A stretch of 64,000 bases of DNA from Longimicrobiales bacterium (GCA_965202805.1 OZ241869.1:2432001-2496000); one strand, 5' to 3'; positions 51,231 through 61,453 are shown, counted from the stretch's first letter. Made by a program: numbers and translations. Notes: a model not told the origin generated them from the letters alone.

Positions 51231-51914
51231 ATGTCCGATTCATCGTCCCCGTCCCTGCCCTCGCTGCCCGGAAGAATCGTCGCGGTATTCGTCTCCCCGG
51301 GCAGGCTCTTCGAGCAACTGCGCGAGATGCCCGTGTGGGGGGCCACCATGCTCCTTCTGGTGATCCTGAACGTCATCATGATGTTCCTCCTCCCCGCGGA
51401 ACTCTTCGAGGAGCAGATCCGCCGGGGCATGGCGGATGCCGGAATGGGGGAGGACGAGATCGCCGTGGCGGCCACCGTCGGCCGCTACGCCGGCATTGCG
51501 ATGGCCGGCGTGATGGGGGCCGTGGGCAGTTTCATCATCGGCACGGTCCTGTTCTTCGTCTTCTCCACGCTGCTCGGCGACAACGGACGCTTTCGCCAGT
51601 ACCTTTCCGTCGTCGTGCACGCGCTGGTGATCTCGTCGATCGGCGCCCTGATCCAGGTGCCCCTGAAGAGGAGCGCGGGCGACATGGAGCTCGTGCTCAG
51701 CCTGGGGACCTTTGCTCCATTCCTGGAGGAGGGTTTCGTCCTGAGCTTCCTCGGCGCCATCGGACTCTTCGGCATCTGGTGCGCGATGCTGATGGCGATC
51801 GGGATCACCCGTATCCAGCCCACACGCAGCTGGGGCAGCGCGTTCTCGATCGTGATGGCGCTCTACTGCCTCTTCGCGCTGGGGACGGCGGGCATCAGGT
51901 CCATGGTCTCATGA
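51231..51914 (+). CDS. Yip1-domain membrane protein
   Basis: RBS caggagg; VFVSPGRLFEQL..P.W; five TM helices; TATAAT at 51171-51176 upstream. Confidence 0.85.
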   Translation: MSDSSSPSLPSLPGRIVAVFVSPGRLFEQLREMPVWGATMLLLVILNVIMMFLLPAELFEEQIRRGMADAGMGEDEIAVAATVGRYAGIAMAGVMGAVGSFIIGTVLFFVFSTLLGDNGRFRQYLSVVVHALVISSIGALIQVPLKRSAGDMELVLSLGTFAPFLEEGFVLSFLGAIGLFGIWCAMLMAIGITRIQPTRSWGSAFSIVMALYCLFALGTAGIRSMVS

Positions 51915-52086
51915 CGGACGAGTTCGGCGCGTCCCTGCCTGCTGGCCTTCCTTCCCGCTGAGGGCTTTCTGCTGAGCTCCTGCACGAGCCGGGCATTGTG
52001 GCTGCTGCCCGCCCTGCCACTGGCGGCGGCGGCTTGAGACGCCATCTTATATCGGCTTCACCGCACTCACCCGGGATCCCTCCGCG

Positions 52087-53967
52087 ATGATCCGATCCAT
52101 CGTCCTCGCCATCGCCGTCACTGCGGCCTGCTACCACCTCTACGTGGCGGGAGTGGCGCCGTTCACCGCGCTCATCCAGCGGCCGGTCCACCTCGCGCTC
52201 ATGGCGTCGCTCGGTTTCCTGGGCCTCGGGGTGCGCGGCGGGCGCGGGTTGTATCGGAAGCCAGGCACCGTGGAGGATCCCGAGCGCGGCTTCGCGGTGC
52301 GGCACGTTATTTCCCTGGTGCTGCTGGTGGGCACGGTCCTCAGCTGCGCCTACCTGGTGTCGGAGAACGAGGCGCTGGTGAGCCGGTCGGCCAATCCGAC
52401 GACCCTCGACCTGATCGCGGCCGGCATCACGCTGGTGGCGGTGCTGGAACTCGCGCGCCGGGCCACGGGGTGGGGCATCGTGGCGGTGGCGATCCTGTCC
52501 ATCACGTACGCCCTCGCCGGGCCTTGGCTGCCCGGCATTCTGGCCCACCGGGGGTACGGCCCGCAGCGGCTGCTGGAGCAGCTCTATCTCTCCACCGAGG
52601 GCATCTGGGGCATTCCGCTGGGGGTGTCGGCGGACTTCGTCTACCTGTTCGTCTTCTTCGGGGCGGTGCTGGACATGGCGGGGGGAGGGGCGCTCCTGAT
52701 CGCGCTCGCCGACCGGGTCGCGGGGCGGACAAGGGGCGGGCCGGCAAAGACGGCGGCGGTCGCCAGCGCGTTCATGGGGTCCCTGTCGGGGAGCGCGGTG
52801 GCCAACGTGGTGACGACCGGCACCTTCACCATCCCGCTCATGCGGCGGGCGGGGTTCCGGCCCTTCTTCGCGGGCGCCATCGAGGCGGCGGCAAGCACGG
52901 GCGGCCAGCTCATGCCGCCGGTGATGGGGGCGGGCGCGTTCATCCTCGCGACCTGGACCAACATCCCCTACCGCACGGTCGCGCTGGCGGCGGCCATCCC
53001 GGCCATTCTCTACTACATGGCCCTCTTCGCCGCCATCCACTTCCGGGCGGAGCAGAAGGGGCTCGACCCGGTGATCGACAAGGACCGGCCCTCGGTCGTC
53101 AGCAAGCTGCACCTCCTTGTCCCGCTGCTGATCATCGTCGTGCTGCTGGCGCAGGGCCGTTCACCGATGCGCGCCGCGTTCTGGGGTGTAAGCACCGCGC
53201 TCCTGCTCTCGCTGGCGGTGCCGTCGACCCGGATGAAGCGCAGCGACTACCTGAAGGCGACGCTCGCCGGAGCCTCGGGGGCGGTTCAGGTGGCGGCGGC
53301 GTGCGCGGCGGCGGGGATCGTCGTGGGGGTGGCGTCGCTGACCGGGATCGGGCTGCGCATGTCGGAGTTCATCGTCGTCATCTCGCAGGGCCAGCTCTTC
53401 CCCGCCCTGCTGCTCACCGCGGCGGGCTCGATCATCCTGGGAATGGGGCTGCCGACGACCGCCGCGTACGTGGTGCTGGCCGCGCTCGGAGCTCCGGCGC
53501 TGGTCGAGCTGGGCGTGCCGCTGCTGGCCGCGCACCTGTTCATCTTCTACTTCGGCTGCATCTCCAACGTGACCCCACCGGTGTCGCTGGCGGCATACGC
53601 GGCAGCCGGGGTGGCATCCTCTCCGCCAATGCGAACGGCGCTTACGGCGATGTTGCTGGCGATGGCCGGTTTCCTGGTGCCCTTCCTGTTCGTGTACGCG
53701 CCGCCCCTCCTGCTGGAGGGATCTCTCGCGGAGATCCTGCTCACCTCGGGGACGGGCGCCCTCGGCATCAGCGCCCTGGCGGGAGCCGCGATCGGCTTCA
53801 TTCGAAGGCCGTTGGCGGTCTGGGAGCGCGCTGCGGTGATCGTCGCGGGCGCGGCGCTCTTCGGGCCCTCGCTGATACTCGACGTCGTCGGCGCGGTGCT
53901 GGGCATCGCGCTCTGGATCTGGCTGGGACGCAAGCCGGAGGCTTCCGCGCCGGCGCCTTCGGGCTGA
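52087..53967 (+). CDS. TRAP transporter fused 4TM/12TM permease (TAXI-associated)
   Basis: EGIWGIPLGVS, RGGPAK, SGSAVANV.TTG, EAAASTGGQLMPPVMGAGAF, GMGLPTTAAY, TPPV. Confidence 0.95.
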   Translation: MIRSIVLAIAVTAACYHLYVAGVAPFTALIQRPVHLALMASLGFLGLGVRGGRGLYRKPGTVEDPERGFAVRHVISLVLLVGTVLSCAYLVSENEALVSRSANPTTLDLIAAGITLVAVLELARRATGWGIVAVAILSITYALAGPWLPGILAHRGYGPQRLLEQLYLSTEGIWGIPLGVSADFVYLFVFFGAVLDMAGGGALLIALADRVAGRTRGGPAKTAAVASAFMGSLSGSAVANVVTTGTFTIPLMRRAGFRPFFAGAIEAAASTGGQLMPPVMGAGAFILATWTNIPYRTVALAAAIPAILYYMALFAAIHFRAEQKGLDPVIDKDRPSVVSKLHLLVPLLIIVVLLAQGRSPMRAAFWGVSTALLLSLAVPSTRMKRSDYLKATLAGASGAVQVAAACAAAGIVVGVASLTGIGLRMSEFIVVISQGQLFPALLLTAAGSIILGMGLPTTAAYVVLAALGAPALVELGVPLLAAHLFIFYFGCISNVTPPVSLAAYAAAGVASSPPMRTALTAMLLAMAGFLVPFLFVYAPPLLLEGSLAEILLTSGTGALGISALAGAAIGFIRRPLAVWERAAVIVAGAALFGPSLILDVVGAVLGIALWIWLGRKPEASAPAPSG

Positions 53968-54045
53968 AGCAATCGCGAGTCACGCGGCAGGGTTATACTA
54001 TGTCGCGAGTTTTGCGGCGGGCCCCACAGCTTCGCAGGAGACCCA

Positions 54046-54990
54046 GTGAGCAGAAGAACCCTCATCGCGTGCGCTCTGATCGCGGCCCTGGCTGCCGCCG
54101 GATGTGGAGACGGATCCGGCGGAAGCAGGCAGTTCCGGAGCCTCGGCACCGCGGGGACCGGCGGCATCTACTATCCGCTGGGCGGCACCATCGCGAGCCG
54201 CCTCTCGGTACTTGACAGCACCAGCCAGTACACGGCGGAAGTGACGGGTGGATCGGTCGAGAACATCGCCCGCCTGAACGCCCGCCAGATGGATCTCGGC
54301 ATCGCCCTCTCGGTCACCATGTACGAGGCCTACCGCGGCATCGGGGATTACGACGCCCCGATCGAGGGGCTGCGCGTGGTCGCGCCTCTGTATCCGAACA
54401 TCACCCACGTGATGGTCCCGGAGGGATCCACGGTCACCGACGTCTCCGAACTGCGCGGAGGACGGGTGAGCGTGGGCTCCGCGGGAAGCGGCACCGAACA
54501 GTCCTCGCGCCAGCTGCTGCTCGCCCACGGGATCACCTACGACGACATCAACGTCCAGTACCTCACCTTCACCGAGTCGGCGAACGCGCTGCGGGACGGC
54601 GCCATCGACGGATCCATCATCTCGGTGGGGTACCCGGCCGCCGCCGTGCTCGAGGCGACCACCACCGGCGGGGCGCGCCTGCTCGCCCTCTCCGACGAGG
54701 CCATCGAGGCGATGACCTCCACCTACCCCTACTACGCGCGCGGATACCTGCCCGGGGGGATCTATCCGGGCGCGGACGAGCCGCTTCAGACCATCGCGAT
54801 GATGAACTGGATCATCTCCATGGATCACCTGGAGGCACCGGTGGTGAACCACGTGCTCGGGATTCTGGAGAACGAGAGGGAGATCCTGGTTCGGGTCAGC
54901 CGCATGGTCGAGCAGGTGGACTTCGCTTCGCTCGATCTGGCTCCCGTGCCGCTGCACTCTGCTACGGAGGAGTGGCTGGCCGATCGGTAG
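54046..54990 (+). CDS. TAXI-family TRAP solute-binding lipoprotein
   Basis: RBS caggag; lipobox AAGC; GTAGTGGIYYPLG, TGGSVENI, G.AGSGTE, VPLH. Confidence 0.95.
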   Translation: MSRRTLIACALIAALAAAGCGDGSGGSRQFRSLGTAGTGGIYYPLGGTIASRLSVLDSTSQYTAEVTGGSVENIARLNARQMDLGIALSVTMYEAYRGIGDYDAPIEGLRVVAPLYPNITHVMVPEGSTVTDVSELRGGRVSVGSAGSGTEQSSRQLLLAHGITYDDINVQYLTFTESANALRDGAIDGSIISVGYPAAAVLEATTTGGARLLALSDEAIEAMTSTYPYYARGYLPGGIYPGADEPLQTIAMMNWIISMDHLEAPVVNHVLGILENEREILVRVSRMVEQVDFASLDLAPVPLHSATEEWLADR

Positions 54991-55001
54991 CGGCCGCGCG
55001 C

Positions 55002-56660
55002 ATGGTGGTCCGGGCCCTCGCGCTGGCGACCCTCTTGGCGGCGGCGTGCGGCCGACCCGCGGGGGGGCCGGCGGATCTGATCCTCACGGGCGGGGATGTC
55101 CTGACCATGGGATCCGCCGGGGTGGTCGAGGCGCTCGCGGTCACGGGAGACCGGGTGGTGGCCGCCGGGACCTCGGAGGAGGTCGGCCGGCTGGCTGGGC
55201 CCGGGACGCGGGTGGTGGCGCTGGCGGGCCGCACGGTCCTGCCCGGGCTGACCGACAACCACTACCACGGCATCGGGGGCGGTCCCGGCGTCGACCTGTC
55301 CGGGGCGCGGTCGCTGGCGGACGTCATCGACCGGGTCGCGGTCGCCGCGCGCGAGACGCCGCCGGGCGAGGTGATCGTCACCAACTCGAACTGGCATGAA
55401 GGCCAGCTGGCCGAGCAGCGGCTCCCCTACCGCGACGATCTCGACCTGGCCGCGCCCGGGCATCCGGTCGTGGTGGTGCGCGGCGGCCACCAGTACGTGC
55501 TGAACAGCGCCGCGCTGGCGCACTGGCGGATCGACGAATCGACGCCGGAGGTCCCGGGTGGCCGCATCGGCCGCGGCCCGGACGGCCGCCTGAACGGGGA
55601 GCTGGTCGACCGCGCGAAGGATCTGGTCACGGTTCCGCCCGGACCCATTCCCGACCCCGCCACCCTCCTCGACGGCCTGGCCGACGAGCACGCCCGGCTG
55701 AACGCGCGCGGCCTGACCGGCATCCGCTACCCGGGCGGGTCCGTCGGCCAGTACCGCGCGATCGAACGCCTGAAGGAGCAGGGCCGGCTGAGCCTGCGCG
55801 TCGACTACCTGCTGCGTGGGCCGCGCGCGGGCGGCGTGGAGGGACTCGCCGAAGCCCTCGCGACCTGGCCTGCCATGGGCGAGGGCGACGAATGGCTCCG
55901 CGTGGGCGGCGTCAAGCTCGGAGTCGACGGGGGCTTCGAGGGCGGCCTCATGCGCGACCCGTACGAGGAGCCGTGGGGGGAGGGCGGCACCTTCCACGGC
56001 CTGCAGACCATGCCGACCGACGCCTACATCGCCACCGTCCGCGAACTCCACCGCCACGGCTGGCGGGTCGCCACCCACGCGGTGGGAGACGCCGCCATAG
56101 ACCTGGTCCTCGCCGGCTACGAGGCCGCCAACAGCGACGCGCCCATCGCCGGCCGGCGCTGGGTGATCGAGCACGGCTTCATCCCGCGCGACGACCAGTT
56201 CCCTCGCATGCGCAACCTCGGCCTCGCCGTCACCGCCCAGCACCACCTGTACGTCGCCGCCCCGAGCCTCGTGGAGTACTGGGGGGTGGACCGCACCGCG
56301 TGGACCACTCCGGTGCGCGCCTATCTCGACGCCGGCATCCCGGTCTCCCTGGGCAGCGACTCGCCCGTCGTCCCGTGGGACCCCTGGTCCGTGCTCCACC
56401 ACTTCACCACGCGGGGGACCATCAGCGCCGGCGTCCACGGCGCCTCGCAGCGCATCACCCGCGAGGAGGCCCTGCGCGCCATGACGGAGGGGTACGCCCA
56501 CCTCACCTTCGAGGAGGCCGACAAGGGCACGCTCGAGCCCGGCAGGCTCGCCGATCTGATCGTGACCGCCGAGCACTACCTCGACTGCGAAGATCCCTGC
56601 CTCGAAGCCATGCAGATCGACATGACGGTCGTGGGCGGAAGGGTGGTGTACGAGCGGTAG
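55002..56660 (+). CDS. Amidohydrolase_3 (YtcJ-like) lipoprotein
   Basis: Lipobox AAAC; PGLTDNHYH, VKLGVDG, THAVGD, IEH, GSDSP, GRLADL. Confidence 0.92.
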   Translation: MVVRALALATLLAAACGRPAGGPADLILTGGDVLTMGSAGVVEALAVTGDRVVAAGTSEEVGRLAGPGTRVVALAGRTVLPGLTDNHYHGIGGGPGVDLSGARSLADVIDRVAVAARETPPGEVIVTNSNWHEGQLAEQRLPYRDDLDLAAPGHPVVVVRGGHQYVLNSAALAHWRIDESTPEVPGGRIGRGPDGRLNGELVDRAKDLVTVPPGPIPDPATLLDGLADEHARLNARGLTGIRYPGGSVGQYRAIERLKEQGRLSLRVDYLLRGPRAGGVEGLAEALATWPAMGEGDEWLRVGGVKLGVDGGFEGGLMRDPYEEPWGEGGTFHGLQTMPTDAYIATVRELHRHGWRVATHAVGDAAIDLVLAGYEAANSDAPIAGRRWVIEHGFIPRDDQFPRMRNLGLAVTAQHHLYVAAPSLVEYWGVDRTAWTTPVRAYLDAGIPVSLGSDSPVVPWDPWSVLHHFTTRGTISAGVHGASQRITREEALRAMTEGYAHLTFEEADKGTLEPGRLADLIVTAEHYLDCEDPCLEAMQIDMTVVGGRVVYER

Positions 56661-56734
56661 GGCCTGCCTGTTGTTGAACGGGACTCACCGAGCGCTCTCA
56701 ACCGCGCCATCCCTCAACAACCCACCCGTCCCCC

Positions 56735-57190
56735 TCACCACGAACTCCCGCCCACCCCGAAGGTGACGAAGCCCGTATCGAACGCGTAGCACTTCGGCCG
56801 GCTGACGATTTCGCCACCTCCTCCACCCCGGAAGGGGCGTAGAAGATGAACGGCATGGGCGATCTCCAGGGCCTCGAGACAGGACTTGACGGTGGGCCGG
56901 CTCAGCTCCGTCAGCCGTGAGAGCCGACTGTAGTCGACCTGGCCCGTGCTCCACCTCAGCAGCAGCAGCCGGTCGAGGTCCGCGATTCCGAACGGCTCTT
57001 CACAATCTTCCCAAAGCACCGGACACAAGTAGATGGCCCGTTTGCGTCCGGTCAGCGAGTCCCGGAACTTCCCGGTCGCGGCGAGCGTGGACGAACCGGT
57101 CGCCAGGATTCGAAGCTCCGGGTACTCGTCGGCGGCGATCTTGAGAAGCAGGCTGGGATCGGCGATGCGATGCACTTCATCGAACGCAAG
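56735..57190 (-). pseudogene. Fragment of AAA_14/DUF4143 ATPase
   Basis: Walker B FDEVH, ILATGSS, DSLTGR, K.YAFDTG present; Walker A, the GG.P segment and the C-terminal nuclease-like end are missing. Confidence 0.8.
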
Positions 57191-57527
57191 CGACGTCCAC
57201 TGAGGAGGTGGCGCCGGGCCCTGGATCGGCAACAGCCGTTAACAGCCTCCGCGCCGCCTCGAGTTCCCGCCCCTCAGTACGCCCCCACCGCGTCGCTCAC
57301 CGGCACGGGTCGCGGGCGCTTCGTTAACGTGCGCCCGGAACGCCTCTTGCATCAGTGCAGGCAGGGAGTGAGTCGATCGAGGGAGTCGCCGGAAGTCCCA
57401 GGGCCGCCTCGGTGCCCACGCAACACAGCCCGCCATGGAGGACCGGGCGCACCGCACCTCACCTCCCTGCCACATCAAGCGGTAAGCAACTGCGCCATAA
57501 GCAGTTGCGACCGAGGAGGCATAGATC

Positions 57528-58535
57528 ATGAACACCCGCGCTTACACCTTCAACACCCTCTTCATCACTACGGCGCTAGCGAGCGCGTCCTGCGACAGCG
57601 CACCCGTCACCCCCGAACTCGCCGAGACCACGGAGGTCCCGGTGCTCACCTCCCGGGACGCTTCAGGCCCGCCGGTGGGGATGGACGGCCAGACGCCCCA
57701 CCGATTCCAGTTCGATATCGCGCTGGTCAACGAAGGCGCGCAGGAACTCCGTTCCCAGATCCAGGCGCAAGCGGATCGGTGGGCCAGAGTCGTACAGGGC
57801 AGCGATCTCGAGGATGTCGAGTGGGAACCGGGCATAATCACCTGCGGAGGCCTCGAGTACGACTTCCAGAAGGATGTACTGGACGACCTGCTTCTCATGG
57901 TCGCCACAGTGGATCTGGACAACGGGCCCCGCGCCGGATCGACAATCACGTATTGCGGATACCGCGAGTCCTCGAAGTTACCCTTGATCGCGGCCCTCAA
58001 GCTCGACATTGACAGGGTGCCACAGGGCGATGTGAACGAAATGATCCTCCACGGGCTCGGACACCTGCTCGGGCTATCCGGCTATTCCTGGGAGATGATG
58101 GACCTGCTGCGAAACTCCTCGCACCACCACCCGGGTGCCGACACGCACTTCGTGGGTCCCAAGGCGATTGCGGCCTTCGTTTCCGCGGGAGGTGCCAGCT
58201 ACCAGGGCGCCAAGGTGCCGGTCGAGAACGATCCGACCTATGGCACCGTGGACAGCCACTGGCGGGAATCGGTATTCGGCAACGAACTGATGACGCCCAA
58301 TCTGGCGGCCGGGACCGACCACCTCAGCGCGATCACGATTCAAGCCCTGGCGGACATCGGCTATACGGTCAACCTGGAGGAGGCGGACAGGTTCGTCGTG
58401 GGGGCGGGCTCCAACGCTTCGGCGCACGCGGAGGAAGGCCGGCATGCCATCGATCTTTCCGATGACGTGGTGATCGGGACGGCCGTCTTCTACGACCGGC
58501 ACGGGCGCGTGGTGCGGGTGGTGCGACCGAACTGA
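57528..58535 (+). CDS. Leishmanolysin (M8)-like zinc metallopeptidase homolog, lipoprotein-like
   Basis: RBS gaggagg; SASC; ILHGLGHLLG, VPVEN, SHWRESVFGNELM, LSAITIQALADIGY. Confidence 0.88.
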   Translation: MNTRAYTFNTLFITTALASASCDSAPVTPELAETTEVPVLTSRDASGPPVGMDGQTPHRFQFDIALVNEGAQELRSQIQAQADRWARVVQGSDLEDVEWEPGIITCGGLEYDFQKDVLDDLLLMVATVDLDNGPRAGSTITYCGYRESSKLPLIAALKLDIDRVPQGDVNEMILHGLGHLLGLSGYSWEMMDLLRNSSHHHPGADTHFVGPKAIAAFVSAGGASYQGAKVPVENDPTYGTVDSHWRESVFGNELMTPNLAAGTDHLSAITIQALADIGYTVNLEEADRFVVGAGSNASAHAEEGRHAIDLSDDVVIGTAVFYDRHGRVVRVVRPN

Positions 58536-58732
58536 CCGTGCGGAACCGGCCCCGTGGAGGGGATGCGCCCCCGTTGCGGGGTGTTCCCCCCCACGGGCTG
58601 CCGGGCGGTCCGGGCCAGCCGTATGCCGACCGGCGGGTGTGGGCTACAATTGGTGGCCACATGCCGATGAGCGTCATGTCATCTGCCGGACAAAGTGCCC
58701 GGGACGCGCAGCGAGACACCCAAACACACCCC

Positions 58733-59902
58733 ATGACCCCACTCACCTGCCAGAAGTCCGCCTTCTCCCTCGACCCGGATATCCACTACATCAACTGCGC
58801 GTACCTGAGCCCGCTCGCTCGCTTGGTGGAGGAAGCCGGCATCCAGGGCATCCGCGCGAAGTGCGCACCCAGCGGGATCGGGCCCGCGGACTTCTTCGAC
58901 CCCTGCGACGAGCTCCGCCGCCGCTTCGGCCGCCTCGTCAACGCTCCCGCCGAGAACATCGCCATCATCCCGGCAGCCTCCTACGGAGTGGCGACCTGCG
59001 CCCGCAACATCGACCTGCAGCGAGGCGCCAACATCGTGCTCACCGCACGCCAGTTTCCCGGCAACGTGCACACCTGGCGCCGGCTTGCCCGCAAGCGGGG
59101 GGCTGAGGTGCGGATGGTGGATGCGCGCCCGGGCCCCGGCTGCGGCGAGCGCTGGAGCACCCGAATCCTGGAGGCCATCGACGCGGACACCGCAGTCGTC
59201 ACCATGGGCGTCGTCCACTGGACCGACGGCACCGTCTTCGACATCGACGCCATCGCCGCGCGCGCCCGGGAGGTCGGAGCGTACCTCATCATCGACGGCA
59301 CGCAGTCGGTGGGGGCAATGGACTTCGACGTGGCCCGCATCCGGCCCGACGCGCTCATCTGCTCCGGCTACAAGTGGCTGATGGGCCCCTACTCCATCGG
59401 TCTGGCCTGTTTCGGACCGCGCCTCCTGGACGGCATTCCGCTGGAGGAGACCTGGATCGGCCGCGAAGGCAGCCGCGACTTCGCCGGTCTCGCGGGCAAC
59501 TACCCTGACAGCTACGAGCCCGGCGCCACCCGCTACGACGTCGGCGAGCGCAGCAACTTCATCCTCGTGCCGATGATGAACGCCGCGCTCGAGTTGGTAC
59601 TCGAGTGGACGCCCGCCCGCATCGCCGAGTACTGCGGCCAACTCACCACAGAGTTGATCGAACGCGCACGCGAGGCCGGATTCGGGGTCGAGGACGAACC
59701 GTGGCGCGCCCCCCATCTCTTCGGGCTCCACTCGCCTCCGGGGCTCGACCCGAGGGCCGTGAGCGAAGCCCTGGCCGCCCGCAACGTGCACGTGTCGCTC
59801 CGCGGAAGCGCGCTGCGCATCTCGCCCCACGTCTACAACGACGAGGGAGATGTGGCCGCGCTCTGGGACGCGCTCCGGTCGGTGCTCCGTTTTGGCGGCT
59901 AG
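58733..59902 (+). CDS. Class V PLP-dependent aminotransferase (cysteine desulfurase/kynureninase-like)
   Basis: YINCAY.SP, FP.NV, V.W.DG, DGTQSVG, SGYKWLMGP (PLP Lys), RISPHVYN. Confidence 0.93.
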   Translation: MTPLTCQKSAFSLDPDIHYINCAYLSPLARLVEEAGIQGIRAKCAPSGIGPADFFDPCDELRRRFGRLVNAPAENIAIIPAASYGVATCARNIDLQRGANIVLTARQFPGNVHTWRRLARKRGAEVRMVDARPGPGCGERWSTRILEAIDADTAVVTMGVVHWTDGTVFDIDAIAARAREVGAYLIIDGTQSVGAMDFDVARIRPDALICSGYKWLMGPYSIGLACFGPRLLDGIPLEETWIGREGSRDFAGLAGNYPDSYEPGATRYDVGERSNFILVPMMNAALELVLEWTPARIAEYCGQLTTELIERAREAGFGVEDEPWRAPHLFGLHSPPGLDPRAVSEALAARNVHVSLRGSALRISPHVYNDEGDVAALWDALRSVLRFGG

Positions 59903-60327
59903 TTCAGCAAGGTGCCCACCGCCTCGGGCGGGGCCTGGAAGTGGAAGCGCGGGATCGGAGCGCGGAACAGGGAGCCGTCCCGCCGCCGGAAGTGGTAGAA
60001 TCCCTCCATGTGGCCACTTGGACCGCGGAGTACGCAGAAGCTCTGGTAGCGGTGTGCCTCGCCCGGGCGCAATACCGGGAGCTCGCCCACGACACCTTCC
60101 CCTTCGACTTCGTGGTCGCCCGCCACGGGATCGTGGATCTGCCAGTGGCGCCAGAGGAGCTGCGCCGTCTCGCCGCCCACGTTCCTGATCGTGACGTCGT
60201 AGGTGAAGACGTACCGGAAGGCGCGCGGCTCGGAGTATCGGGTCGCGTACTCGGGACGCACCGTGATCGTAATCGCGTCCGTCTCCACCGGCGGGCGGGC
60301 ATCGGCGTTGGGCTGATTCGAGGACAC
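59899..60327 (-). CDS. apaG: ApaG protein
   Basis: YVFTYDVTIRN, QLLWRHWQI.D, VEGEGVVGELP, Y.SFC.L..P.G.MEG.Y. Confidence 0.93.
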   Translation of the reverse strand: MSSNQPNADARPPVETDAITITVRPEYATRYSEPRAFRYVFTYDVTIRNVGGETAQLLWRHWQIHDPVAGDHEVEGEGVVGELPVLRPGEAHRYQSFCVLRGPSGHMEGFYHFRRRDGSLFRAPIPRFHFQAPPEAVGTLLN

Positions 60328-60461
60328 GCCGTTCCCCTCACCCGCCTGTTCCCGCCCGGGAGGTTCGCCAGGTCGATGGCTTCCCACGGTCGATCCGCGC
60401 TCGCTAGATTGGTTCGCTGACTTTCGCACCCATCACGGACCCTCGCACAGGACATGCGGAC

Positions 60462-60953
60462 ATGCAAGGCGCCATGCTTCTCCCTGAATTCGATCACGAG
60501 AGCCAAAACACGCGCCGGATGCTCGAGGCCATACCCGACGAGCATCTCGAGTACCGCCCTCATGAGAAGTCGTGGACCATGCGGGAACTCGCGACCCACG
60601 TCGCGACGGTGGGCGGCTGGACACGGCCCACCTTCGAGCAGGACGAGATCGACCTGTCCCAACCCTGGGAGCCGCAGCAGTTCGCAAGCGCCGCCGAGAT
60701 CGTCGCCGGGTACGACGCGACCATCGCCGACGCGCGCGAGGCCCTGGAAGCCGCCTCGGCGGAGACCTTTCAGGAGATGTGGACGCTCCGTTCCGGAGAC
60801 ACCGTCCACTTCACCATGCCCAAGGGCCTGGTTTTCCGCTTCTTCGTCATGAACCACATCGTGCACCACCGGGCCCAGCTCGCCGTCTATCTGCGCGAGT
60901 GTGACGCCCCCGTGCCGGGGATGTACGGGCCTTCGGCCGACGAAGGCTTCTGA
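60462..60953 (+). CDS. DinB/YfiT family protein
   Basis: EFDHES..TRRMLE, YRPHEKS..M.ELA.H, NHIVHHRAQL.VYLR, PGMYGPSADE. Confidence 0.92.
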   Translation: MQGAMLLPEFDHESQNTRRMLEAIPDEHLEYRPHEKSWTMRELATHVATVGGWTRPTFEQDEIDLSQPWEPQQFASAAEIVAGYDATIADAREALEAASAETFQEMWTLRSGDTVHFTMPKGLVFRFFVMNHIVHHRAQLAVYLRECDAPVPGMYGPSADEGF

Positions 60954-60996
60954 GGCGAGACCTGCGCACGAAACCACACCCTGGAAGGAGGCCGGC

Positions 60997-61410
60997 ATGA
61001 AGCGTTGGGGATTATGCATACTGAGAATCAGCACTGGATGGCTGCTGGTGATGTGGGGACTGGACAAGCTCGTCAACGTCGACCACGGAGTGGCGGTCGC
61101 CGACTCGTTCTACTTCGGGGTCGGCAACAGCGCCCTCTTCCTGAACGTGTTCGGCGTGCTGGAGGCGCTGCTCGGCGTCCTGGTGGTGCTCGGGCTTTGG
61201 CGCAGGCGCACCTACCCCGTGATGTTCCTCATCCTGGGCATCACCGCGGTCGCCGTGTGGCGGTCGGTGCTCGACCCCTGGGGCTGGTTCCTCGAGGGCG
61301 CGAACGTGCTCTTCTACCCCTCGATCATCATCGCCGCGGGCGCCGCCGTGCTGTGGGGCACGATGGATGAGGACCACATGACCCTCGACCACCGCATGGG
61401 CGCCGGCTGA
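60997..61410 (+). CDS. DoxX family membrane protein
   Basis: RBS aaggagg; LRISTG...WGLDK; GVLEALLG.LV.LGL. Confidence 0.85.
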   Translation: MKRWGLCILRISTGWLLVMWGLDKLVNVDHGVAVADSFYFGVGNSALFLNVFGVLEALLGVLVVLGLWRRRTYPVMFLILGITAVAVWRSVLDPWGWFLEGANVLFYPSIIIAAGAAVLWGTMDEDHMTLDHRMGAG

Positions 61411-61453
61411 AGCTGACGACGAACGACGGCCGACCGCCGGGAGCACGCGCGCA

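Noticed and set aside
57239..57535. 98-aa minus-strand ORF
   Set aside because: Overlaps the RBS/start of the peptidase gene, atypical composition, no motif
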